This document shows positions 53,058 through 64,000 of a DNA stretch of 64,000 bases, one piece after another. A program made the translations under genes and the position numbers. This stretch comes from Leptogorgia sarmentosa (lineage: Eukaryota). Numbering within the stretch: the stretch's first letter is position 1; every line of letters begins with the position of its first letter. Location: assembly GCA_964658305.1 (NCBI GenBank), contig OZ210885.1, positions 20,088,001-20,152,000 on the forward strand, given 5' to 3'. The notes below the pieces were generated by a model that saw only the letters and a list, made by a program, of their open reading frames with translations, had not been told where the DNA came from and searched no databases.

Positions 53058-56000
53058 ATGGCGTCTCAGGGAAACAATAGCAATGAACAACAACGCGCTG
53101 TTTCCTTGTTAACACAAGCTATTAGCATTCTACGAAGCCCTGCTCCAGCTTCACGTTCCAAATCGCATGTTTCAAACCAAACAAATGTTGCTGTAAGTCC
53201 AGGTAGTGAAATGGGTCGGCTATTTTCGCCGTATCGTAGTCAAGATTTTCATTTCATGGCCTTATCCCGCAAAAAAAAACATGGAAGCCAAAAGATTCTT
53301 GGTCACAAAGTTTGAGAGCTTTGGCAACAGAGTCAGGTCTTTGTTCAGGAGCTACTGCACACCTCTTCCACATTCTAATCTCAATATCAACAACATTTTC
53401 ATTGGGCAGGTCATCACAGTAAAGATTTATAGCATCTTCAAAGACAGTTTTGTCAATGTTAATGTCACCAATGAGAGAAGGGACAAGAAACAACAGTTTT
53501 GTACCTCTCTTTGTCAGTTTGCTGAAATTGGTCTCCATGTGTGAAATCCAACGATCTTCAATAGTATTCCTCTGGCGTCTTAGCTGGTTGGTTATCGCAA
53601 TGCATCTGCCGTTTGACTAGCCGAGGAATCTGTGGTTCCACTTCGAGTTTTGCAGCCAATCTCTCAGCCTGACTGTAGATTAATTTGAATTCAATGTTAA
53701 TGGTATCCCTGACAGCTTTCAGATCAGTAATGGATTCATCAATCTCTAAGTAAGCCTTGACAATGTCAATGGACCTACCCTGCAACTTGTTTGTGATACC
53801 GGCAAGTGGATGGAGAAGTCTGTAGAGAGCAACAGTACCAATGATGAAGCCAAAATCAGTTACTGATTTCAGGAATGATGTTGCTTTGCCCTTGGTTTCT
53901 GCATCCCACCCAGTGGTAAACAAAGGATCGAATTCTTGCAAGTTGCCATATGAGCCATTGATGACTTCAAAAGCTGTCACAATGAAGGGTATCGCTAAAT
54001 AAAAATGTTCATATGAAATATCTCTCTGGCTCCAACGTGTTTTGCACATTGAAATTAAAACTTTCCGAGTATTGATATGATGGCAACTTTTCTGCACTAT
54101 GTGCTCTAAAAGGCTCTCTCGCTTTGGTGCTGTGTTGAAGAAATTGATCAAGCTTTTGAATTCTGTATGGTGGTTAGTTGACAACTCGAAGCCAGAACAA
54201 GATTGAGATTGTGGCTATTACAGTGCATAACAGGAGAACGTGGAGCAACTTTCAAAATTACAGATGCAACTCCCTTCTTTTCTGACTGCATATTTGCTGC
54301 TCCATCATAGCACTGGCCTCGCAGGTCACTAACCTCAAGTCCTGCTTCTTGGTAAAACTTAATGATCGAGTTCCTATTACTTCACCAGTGATTCGGTCAA
54401 GATCGATAAATTCTAAAAACTCTTCCCGAATGTTCTTGTCATCGTCAACAAAGCGAACACGAATGGAAAGTATTTCATTGTTAGACGCTGTGACCTCATC
54501 AGCTTGTACTGCATGAAACCCAGATTTGTTGATTTCTTCAATGATCGATGCTAGGATAATCTTCTTTCCAATTATCTCGATAAGCTCGTTTTGACTTTTC
54601 CAATTTACGTATCGAGCGTTTTTTTTGTAGGGGATTTTCCAAGTGTCCTTTTAGCAAAGGATCGTGTTTTGCAAATTCTTCCAGTAGTGCAATGAAATTT
54701 CCAGGATTCACATCATTGTCAGTCAGGTCAATTCTATGTACTCTCAATGCAAATGCCCTGTCTTCCACAAAAATGAACAGCCCTTGCAATATACTCTAAA
54801 ATCTTGGCATATTTCTCATCTCGATCCTTTTTAGTTTTGTCAACAATATTTGGAAGGGTTTGCTTGGGATTCTCAAATCTTGTTTTAAACATTTCTGCAT
54901 CAAGAAATGCTTTCTGGTGGTATCTAGTTTCACAATGACAATCTTTTTTCTCTTTTATGTGGTGCCACTGCTTACAACCAACATTTACAAAAACGTTCAT
55001 ATTTGTATTCCTTTTGTCAGCAGGGACAAATAAAGCACAAGTAATACAATACACAGAATCTTCGCTCTTACTATAAACAAAATTGCTGTCGAGATACGTT
55101 TTGCTGCATGACCTTCTACATCCATGGAGTTGGCTTTTTGGAAATTGGAAGTTTTCTGGTGGTTGATAGTGATTTGTCAGAACGGTATACTTGTGCTCTG
55201 CTGTCATGTTTTTTAGAGTTTTGGTCAACGAACTCTCCTTCTTCAAACCAATCTCGTTCCCAGTGCCTTCGGGTCGCGCATGGGTTCAGTCCCCCGACAC
55301 TCCCTGATATTATACACAAGACAATACATGAAATTGAATTAAATGTAAGTAGAAAACAAGATCATGACATACTCTTTTACAAATTCTATAAATTTGGAGC
55401 TGTGACAACTGAAAGGTGCCAAAAAGAGTAGAGCCAGAAGTATTACTTTTGACCTTCAAAATTTCCCTCGTGGGCCCGAAAAGGGGGGCGATCGCCTTCC
55501 CCCCCTGGTTGCGCGCCTGGGTAGGAAACCTTTTTGCTAGTGTTTCATCACTCCTTTGAACAACATGGTAGTTTAATAAGCATTGAAATTTAAATTACTA
55601 CTTAATGAGAGTAAGATAACATAACAAGTGATGTCATTATCCTCCTAAACTACTCCCTCCCCTGGAAACAGCACTCCAATACCACCTTTATACACACCAG
55701 TTTATATCAGGTTAAGGTACCATAAATTCGAACTGTTTTGGCAATGCACACAGATTAATAATATTGTATTTACTTTAATGCCAGAGTCAGATGGTGAATA
55801 AAAGTATTGTTATTTCAGATGACAATTGCCAAAGAATGCTAACATTAGAAGAAATTCTAAAAACAGAGATCTACACCAAAGTAACTGGTGCTGTAGTAAA
55901 GCTGAGGATTGATGTTGATGATATTGTTTCAGATGCAATAGCATTCTACAAGTGATTTTGATCCATTTCGTCCAGTTCGTGTTTCTTTCAATGGACAGCC

Positions 56001-57501
56001 AGCTGTTGACAGAGGCGGAGTAAAAAGTCAATTTTTCACAGATCTTTTTGAGAACATTGCAACATCAACTGAGCTGAAGCCTTCTGAAGGCCCACCAACT
56101 TGCCTTCTTTTCACCTACAACCAGTAAGCACTTTCATCAGGTATAACAAAACTGTTTGGAACAATTGTCGGGCACTGTGTTGTTCATGGATGTGGAGGGT
56201 TTCCCTATTTAGCTGAATCTTCATACCATTATCTTGCAAGTGGCAATGTCACTGAAGCAATGGAGTATGCAACTATTGCAGATGTGTATGATGTTGATGC
56301 TATTCATTACATTAACCAGGTAACCATTGCTGTAGTGGGTTCTGTAACCAGTGGTAAGTATCCTGTTGTGAACTAGTAGGGTTGTGAACTGATAGTGTGG
56401 ATTGAATTGCCATTAGCAATTCTTTAATAGGCATTTTGTACCACAGCATCTGCTTTTTACCAGGTAATTGAAGGATATAATCCCCCTTTATGTTTCCCTT
56501 ATTTGTCCACACTACTGCAGTTAACATATCAAAGCTACTGGCTTGGATGAAATGATTAGGCTGGCTGGCAACTTTTTTTTAAATTTTGCTTGGAAAGGTT
56601 GTCGACTGTTCCAGAGAAGACTTGCATTCTTTAAACAACGACACAGAGTTTCTGAAGCTACTATCTGAATGTGGAGTGACATCCACAGTCCTGGTAATAT
56701 ACTATACACTGTACTTTAACACTATAAAGGCTTTTTTCTGACAATTCAGCCAATCATGAATTTTGCAAAGTATCTATGGTATGTTTTCAAACCCCTTGCT
56801 CAACCTTTTTACCACCCAGAAGTGAAACTCCAAAATACACAATCTACCTTTAATTAAAATGAATGATTACTTTATAGGAGAGCAACAGGTATGCAAATGC
56901 TCAAAGTATCATCTCTCATCATGTTCTGGGGAAAAAGAATACCTATGCTTGACCAGTTTTCTAGAGGGCTACATGTACTTGGATTAATGGAGGTTATACA
57001 ACGTTTTCCCGAACAATGCAAGAAACTTTTCGTGCAAACCAGTGAAAATGCTATAACTGCAGAATCAGTGAAAGAAGCAACCTGCTTATTTGATGATCGA
57101 GATGAAGTCGAGGAGAAACTAAAGCGTTTGTTTGAAAGGTATCTTGAAGAAAGTTCTTTGGAAGGTTTGATATATTTGTAAATTTTGAATATAACTAGAT
57201 AAGGCTCAGATTGTGGAAATTAATGTTTATTTATTTTAACCTCTTCCACACTGTGTATTTTCCAGGCTTAAAGCAATATGTCAAATTTTGCACTGGCTCT
57301 GCAATAGTTGTGAAATCAAGCATTCATCACATTCAGGTGGAAGTGAGTAATGATGCAACAGCTGGTGTATTTGCTTCAACATGTTTGCTGAGGTTGCATC
57401 TTCCAAAATCAATGGGAAATATGGAATTCCAAACGTTCAAAGCTGGCCTTGAAGCTGTCTTCTCCTCCCGTGGAAAGTATTTAAAATTCATGACTGTTTA
57501 A
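53058..57501 (+). pseudogene. HECT-domain (G2E3-like) E3 ubiquitin ligase cargo gene, interrupted by hAT
   Basis: VSFNGQPAVDRGGVKSQFF, GCGGFPYL, LDQFSRGLHVLGL, KFCTGS, FASTCLLRLHLP (catalytic Cys motif); spliced, with stops. Confidence 0.8.
53290..55519 (-). mobile_element. hAT element remnant (TTF zinc finger + DUF4371, ZMYM1/PRKRIR-like transposase), 3' end deleted
   Basis: YSKSEDSVYCITC, NPGNFIALL, ADEVTASN, EEFLEF, RGQCYDGAANM, HCNSHNLNL, CKTRW; 5' terminus CAGGCGCGCAACCAGGGGGG at 55519. Confidence 0.9.
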
Positions 57502-57626
57502 TAATTACATCATAAGCTTGTGAAAAAGGCATACATATGCCATGTTTTTGAGTTACTGTTGACATTGAAATTTTTTTTGTGTTTTCACCTTGAAAAAGTG
57601 TTGGGCATTCAAACTTTCCAGAAGCC

Positions 57627-57819
57627 TACTGCAAGTTGTGGCTATAACAAAACATGCATAGAGGTTTAGTTGTGTTAATAATATTCATTTTATGTCTGGT
57701 GTGCTAAGACATTTTGAACAAATACTGTAAGTTGTGGGTATAATAAAACATGCATAGAGGTTTAGTTGTGTTAATAATATTCATTTTATGTCTGGCGTAC
57801 TAAGACATTTTGAACAAAA
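57627..57819. repeat. Tandem duplication of about 96 bp
   Basis: TACTG(C/T)AAGTTGTGG..CATTTTGAACAAA twice, with few mismatches. Confidence 0.9.
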
Positions 57820-59206
57820 TCAAGGTATTTTCATAAATATCAATGCCAAAATTCTCTGTTTCTCCTAAAGGATTAATGTTTTCTTGCAACAAACGTTGCT
57901 GGTCAAGTGGAAGATTAACATCTGTTTCAGGAACAACAACAACATTGTCACTGGTTAGATTTCCCCAGGTTTCTGAAGGTAATGGCCCATCCTAATCAAT
58001 TCCATACATATCTAATTCTTCCTGTAAACAAATTGCCAAGGTTTTAAATTAATGCAACCTGGCAAAATGATTTTCTAACCATGCCAACCTACCTCTGTGG
58101 AAGGTTCAGGCATTTGTAATGTAGCCCAACTATTTGTCTGCAACATTCCTCTTACCCATAACTGTGTTGGTGTCTTGTTTACCTCTGTTGTCAGGCCATG
58201 TAGATTCCACCCATTTTTAAACATCAAAAGATTATGATTTTTTCTGGGGAAATACACATAGTTGAGGATACCGAGTACCTCCATATAATAAAACAGTGAG
58301 TAAAACACATGAGTGCAGCCATAGTTGACATCACGCCACAGTCTTTCTTGCCGCCGATTGTGGACGCTTCGCCCAGCAATTATACTGCCTCTTCCTGTGC
58401 CTCTCTCTGGGTGGTTTAACATAAACCATGCAATTCCACGGTTTCCCCCTCCCTTATCAGTTCTAACACGACTTGGTATGCCATATTCGCTAACAGCTTG
58501 TGAAAATTCAAACAGTGCAGTCTCTGCAGTGTTGTTATTATGGCATCTGAGATAAAGTACTGTTCGTGAATAGCCATCGATAGCACCATGGATCACACAT
58601 CGCCAGCTTTTCGCCAACACCATCCATATCTACTCTTCTAAGTGACTCTTGCACTCTATTTTCTTGTACATATACATTTCCTGCCCTGAGTTGTCCCAAT
58701 ACCATTCGGTACCCACTATCTGAGAAGTCTCTCTTCATTTCTTCTAATGTATAATCCAGCTCTCTGTCTGTAAGGTAGGTGAAACGTTTAGCTGAGAGCC
58801 AACATCTTTCAAGCGCCTTCGAACAGTTGATTCACTTATACCAAGTATTTTTCCAATATCTGGGCAGTGAAAACCACAATTTATGAAAAATTGAAGCTGT
58901 CCCTTTGTTACTAAAAAGCGAGGTCTGCCTAGCATGGACGTCACTTGCTGTTGATTCTTCGTCGAAAGTCAAATTGGAAATTGCATCCTTCACTTGAGAC
59001 ACTGCAGAGAACACGCTTGGACTTATTTCGATCGAATTTCAACATAAATTGAGCATCAGCTCCAAACTGTTTACCCTACAAAATTTGTAGTCTACTTCAT
59101 CCAAACGCAAGCATGTTTCGCTAATAACCCCACAATTATCCAAAGTCAGGAATGGTAAAATATTATCAGTTGAATTCTCGCCAGTAGAACCACCAGTGTC
59201 CGCCAT
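57800..59206 (-). pseudogene. HTH + integrase-core transposase (IS3EU-like)
   Basis: GRPRF..DIGKILGISESTVRRRL (HTH), GYRMVLGQLR, VIHGAIDGYSR, PSRVRTDKGG, GRSVHNRRQERLWRDV; frameshifts and deletions. Confidence 0.88.
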
Positions 59207-59600
59207 TTTATTTTCGAATATTTTTAAATAATTTATAATTATTGTCGTTTATTTTATTTTTAAATTATTCCCGAACAATCCCGCCAGATTTCCAAGTTAT
59301 TTTAATTATTCCAAATATTTTATAATTAATTTTATACACATAATGTATCATAGTTTCGTCAACATGATGTTGTTGCTGACATAATGTGAAATGCAGACAT
59401 AATCTTGTCGGGCGTGCGGCTAATCTTATTCGTTCATTTCGTTGTGTACACAATATCATTATTGACATAATATCGCAAGACATAATATCTACAAAATTGA
59501 CATAATTTTATGTTTTGAATGCAAAATATTATGTTTCGAGCACATAATGTAAACTGCCAAGCGAATAATCTTTTTGACATGAAAACCGCTTTAAATTGAA

Positions 59601-60150
59601 GGGCACACAGTCCTCTGTGAATGCTGTTTTTGCTGTTATAATCCTGTATTTGTTGCTTAAGTTTCTCAAACATTTCTTGTCCATTGCTTGGCCCCTTCAC
59701 TCTTTCTCTCTAGCTATTGAACAAGTTTCTCACATCTGTAAGTGAGGGGCAATAGCATGTCAGCAACTTTAAAAACACTCATGGGATCATCCAAAAACAT
59801 TGCTTCATGATGTTGAACTGCTTCACTTGGGGACAGCCCACTCTCAAAATACTCTTCAAATGTCTATTTTGTTGCTGGCAGCATTTCGTGAAAGGTCTTC
59901 AAATGATAACAGTCTGTACTGTGATTGTGATTCCAGAATAAATTGACCTTGAAGGTTCAAAAATGGAAGGTTCGTTTGGTATCTGTTGATGGATCGTATT
60001 CCTTGTTTCATGTATTTCATGTACTTTTGGTTATGCCATTTGAGACATTGTATCTTGGTTGGTTCTCGATGCCATGAACTGCGTAGTGGTCTTTGGATTT
60101 GGTGCTTGTTCAACATTGCAATACTGGTAATCAACTTCTACCTCCTGAGC
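59601..60150 (-). pseudogene. MULE transposase N-terminal part
   Basis: EYFESGLSPSEAVQHHE, GPSNGQEMFEKLKQQIQDYN; continues in frame across the IS3EU-like insertion. Confidence 0.7.
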
Positions 60151-60159
60151 AAACAAACT

Positions 60160-60700
60160 TAATATTGTGGCGTACCGGAAATCTTCCATATTTTCCTGCT
60201 GAAATTCTATTGGGATGCCAAATGCTATATGCTCAGCCCATTTAAAATTCCAATCGTGGAAATTTAGCTGCTGAGGAGGATGGTATTATTAGGAATTGCC
60301 ATTCTGACCAATCAATTTCTTCTTCTAATGCACAAGTGAGAAAATTGCGGCTCCTTAAAAACACTGTTTCACCTTTTGATCCTCCATATAATGAATCGAG
60401 AAATACCATTGTTTTCTCCCCAAGGAAAACCGACAGTAAGGTCCAGTGTTGACCTCGATTAAATAAGCTTAAAAGAACATCACAATCATGTATATCAGGG
60501 TATAGTGTGTGGTAGTTGTTTTGTACAAACAATTTCTTGCACGCCTTCGTCATGTTGTTCAGTACATCACAATTCAATGTTTTAACTTTGTTGCCAATTT
60601 CCCTTGCATGCTCCCCCAACAGCAACAGACTATGGTTGATGACAAAGTTTCATAACCATGAACCATTACCACTTTGGTTTGGAAGAAGACATAACATATC
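60160..60700 (-). pseudogene. Ulp1/SENP (C48) SUMO-protease domain
   Basis: LNCDVLN, NRGQHWTLL, VFLDSL, WQFL..P, QQEN; catalytic Cys region degenerate. Confidence 0.75.
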
Positions 60701-61105
60701 ATCTGCCGTTCAGCCAGCAAGTCGTGGGTGCTTTTTAGCATTTAGACCTTTTTGTGCAAGGATTTCAGCCTTTCTTTCTCATTATTGCTAACTGTTTTGT
60801 ATGAAACACAAGTGCCTTCTGACGATCAGACCAGCCGTGGTTTTGTTGGTAAAGGACATTGGTTTATCATTGACATAATAGTTTGGTGGGAGAGCACGGA
60901 TAGCAACAGGACGTTTGATTATCTTTGAATGAGTGGGTACTTCGGTGAATTTTTCTTCGGTGGTGGCATTTTCAGACAATCTCTCTGTTGTAGACTCTTT
61001 CATATTGCAGGCTTTTTCTTCTGTCTTGTGATGACCTGTTGTAGGGGCTGGTCTGTGTTCTTTTCGAGAACACTTGTTTAAGTCCCTAGAGTTCCCGTAG
61101 GATCG

Positions 61106-62165
61106 TTACTTAACATTCTGAACTTTTTGATAAAATAGTAGATATGCTTGTTGGCGAGTAGCTTCAAATGGTGATACTTTGGTTACCCTTACATCATCTG
61201 TGTGGTACCACTGACCAAATTTCTTTACATATGACACGTAATGACCTCCTTGTATACTCTTCCCTTCATGCACTACAACTCCAGCAAGCAAGTATAAGAC
61301 CTTGGCTGCTTCGTTTCATGTTGCATAAAGGAGATATCCATAGTAAGTTGCTCTTGATATTGGATGTGGTGTTGTTGCTTTGTGAATTTTCCTGAAAAAC
61401 TCAACAGTTGAATGCATGGCTTATCAGGTGCTTCGGTTATGCACATCCTTTTCCATGCTTCAGTGCATTCATGCTACATATGTCCATAAAATGAATTAAC
61501 AGTAAAAGACAGATTTAAGTGTTAAAATTTCCTGTTCAGTCCATGTAAAGATTGCTATTTTTAGGAATTATAAACAGTATACATACTTGTCACATGAATA
61601 TAAACTTTCGAGTTCTTCTGGTTGGTTGAAATTGCTCAGTAGATTGTGGATGTTGGATTTCTGCAAGCGGTAAAAAATGTAATTATTTAGCCCAGCATGT
61701 ATGAGAACCCATATACTTTTGTCACTGTGTGTACTGAATGTAATTTGTTACTCAAATTAACAAAACTAACGTATAATTTTTATTTTAACTGGTCCTGTTT
61801 ACGTAACCACACGCAGAACACATTACTTCACTTTGTAATGTAAATTGAAAGAAGTCATTGATGAAAACTTTGTTGGTGTTGATACATTGATGAATCTCCA
61901 ATTTGTGAATCAACTTTTGAAAAAATTCTGCCGCGCACTGCTGTGTCCCAGCTTGAAATGTATTGCAAATGTATGGTAACTGTTCCACGACAGAAGATGG
62001 TTTAATTTGTTCAAAATTATGGCTTTCTTTGTAGGTTTGAAAGAAGGATTTTATGCTGAACAAAAGACACGGTTTCCCTGTGAAGGACAATGCAAGATCA
62101 CTATTACTTGTTAATATCATTTGCAATGTATAGTTTAACAAATAGTTAACATTTCGACCTTAATT
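61106..62165 (-). pseudogene. USP/UCH (C19) deubiquitinase domain, spliced and decayed
   Basis: QQCAAEFF, LQSEVMCSAC, YSCDK, LAGVVVHEGKSIQGGHYVSYVK..WYHTDD, AYLLFYQK; Cys-box degenerate. Confidence 0.85.
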
Positions 62166-62829
62166 TTTTAATCGTGTATTTTTAGTCAATGTGCTCTTTG
62201 TTTAAATTCGATTATTAAAGTTGTTATATGTATTCATTCATTTTGTCTCACTCCATGTTCGTGTCGACTCTGATATCTGGTTTAGCGACTGAGAGCCACC
62301 AGGTTCAACTGGTGTAGTCGTCATCAAACTGTGTGAATATTAAATGGCTCATTATATGATAAAAGTCAGGCTAATTTACATTGAACTGTTAATTTCAAAG
62401 TTATTTGTGTAATTGTGTTCAACATACAGGGTAAACCCTGCATGGTAGAGCTGGTAAACTGCATATTATATCTACGTTTATAATAAGTTAAACCCGTCGA
62501 TAGATAACAGGATTTGAAAGATACTATTCATAAACATGTATTCCCGAGATTCTGGATACCCTTGGGTTTCATTGCTGATTATTATAGCGAAAGAAGCTAG
62601 AAAACTACGGACTTTACGCAGCTTTAAGCTGTTGTAAAATTTTTTGGATGGCACGGGATATTTAAAATATGGTGTGGAATAATTAATTCTGCCGACAATT
62701 TGATTACAGCTAAGTTGGTGACATTTTATATCCATACTCCCCATCGAATTTCCTGTGGCAAAAAATATGGCATGTTACTTAGCAAGGGATGGCCACCATC
62801 TTGAATCAGGCCTGGTCACTAAGCAAAGT

Positions 62830-63090
62830 CGAAAAAGTGAGCCCAAAATATTATTCTGCATGCTGGAACAGTCTTGCAAGGTATTTGCATGAACGAAACG
62901 CATGTGAAAAACCTTTTGGTCAGGAATTTGCCCAACGGTCCAACACGAAGGGCTTTCTGCTCACAAGGTTCTTTCGTATTTTCCACTGTCAGTTCCTCGA
63001 AATTCTTGGGCACCTACATGTGAGTATTTTTATGCCTTTCCCGAAACTGTTGCGCTAAGGCGCTGCACAATAATTATGTAAAACACTACT
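62830..63090 (-). pseudogene. Possible N-terminal part of the alpha-kinase cargo gene
   Basis: IVQRLSATVSGKA*KYSHVGAQEF, NFEELTVENTKEPCE, PSCWTVGQIPDQKVFHMRFV; same strand as and upstream of the kinase fragment; link rests on recall, unverified. Confidence 0.4.
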
Positions 63091-63821
63091 GGCATTGCTT
63101 TTCATTGCAATATTACAAAAGCAGCTCGGTATCTTCAAAGAAGTAATCTGGAATAGCCATCGAAATCTGTCACCAGAAAGATACCAATCTCCCCCGTAGT
63201 GTGATAAACCATATTTATAATTTCCCAGAAGAACATGGTTTAGAAGAATGTGGTATGGAAGCATGCACTAATTTGTTTGGTTTTGCCACACAAAATGGAA
63301 ATTTAACACAATCAGCACAGAATAATAACATTAGGGACTAGAGAGAATCCATGCATAAAGGTTATATTACCATATTGTCATTGATATTTTATTTTTGATA
63401 CTTCTAATGGTAACAAAAAATCAATCACATATCCATATAGGCATTCCAGTTACAGCTGAACAACTACAAGAAGTAGCCCAAAACGAATTTAGGCAATAAA
63501 GAACACATGAAAGTTCATTTTACTATGTGAAGGGATATTTGCTGCAGAGCGAGTGAGCCTGAAGCAAGCGAGCGTAGCAGCAGCCTAATTTGTGCAGTAG
63601 GGCAAAAAAAGCAAATTTTTAGGGTCGTGTGGGGCATTGTGGTTCTGCGCAGTTGTATGCGCAATAGACATATTAAAAATGACTGGAGAACGTGATATTA
63701 CTTGTGTCTTTGAGAAACCAATCATATTGCATGTAACATCACGTTTTCCATATACCATAAAACTTGTGATAAAATGCTCTATTGTTCATAAATTTTCTGA
63801 TCACTCGCTAGGGCTATCTTT

Positions 63822-63872
63822 AAAACAAGGAACGGGGAATCGGGGAACCGGGGAATCGGGGATTCGGGGAAT
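63822..63872 (+). repeat. (GGGGAAYC)n short repeat, likely subterminal repeat of a MITE
   Basis: Five GGGG runs at 8-bp spacing after GGGCTATCTTTAAAACAA. Confidence 0.7.
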
Positions 63873-64000
63873 TAGGCGCATTTTGCCAAGTTTAAAAAGA
63901 AATTTTGTTTAATTTAATTTATTTAATTTAATTAATTTTATTATATATATTATTTAATTCTATTAATAGCAGTGATTATACGCGAAGCGGCACGATAAAA

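Larger units (their letters stand above)
52714..59595. mobile_element. IS3EU-like element (6.9 kb) with TIRs of about 320 bp, inserted in the MULE
   Basis: TIRs 52714-53030 and 59263-59595 (TATAAAGCGGTTTTCATGTCAAAAAG..); TTGAA duplicated at 52709-52713 and 59596-59600; excision restores MULE frame CALQ|EYTCG. Confidence 0.88.

Overview
AT-rich eukaryotic (metazoan, probably cnidarian-like invertebrate) genomic DNA made almost entirely of nested transposable elements, with no clear host housekeeping gene. Left to right: a decayed Helitron (Rep + PIF1 helicase, possible C76-like peptidase), a Kolobok remnant, a Crypton-type tyrosine recombinase next to a 145-bp hairpin, an RLE-type LINE tail, a SWIM/YqaJ remnant split by a solo LTR, a CR1/L2-type LINE split by a RecQ-helicase (AcademH-like) DNA transposon, a second LINE and a Penelope fragment, an Academ transposase, a 5.3-kb TIR element with an unusual Zator-like DDE transposase plus PHD finger, a divergent BEN-like / C14orf93-like gene pair, several MITEs, and an apparently intact young 5.8-kb Kolobok (THAP-transposase + P2X7-like gene). 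The right end holds a multi-level nest of integrase-core (IS3EU-like), MULE and hAT elements carrying alpha-kinase, HECT E3 ligase, Ulp1 and USP cargo. Family names come from motif recognition by eye, not database searches. TIR/TSD coordinates were read directly from the sequence.
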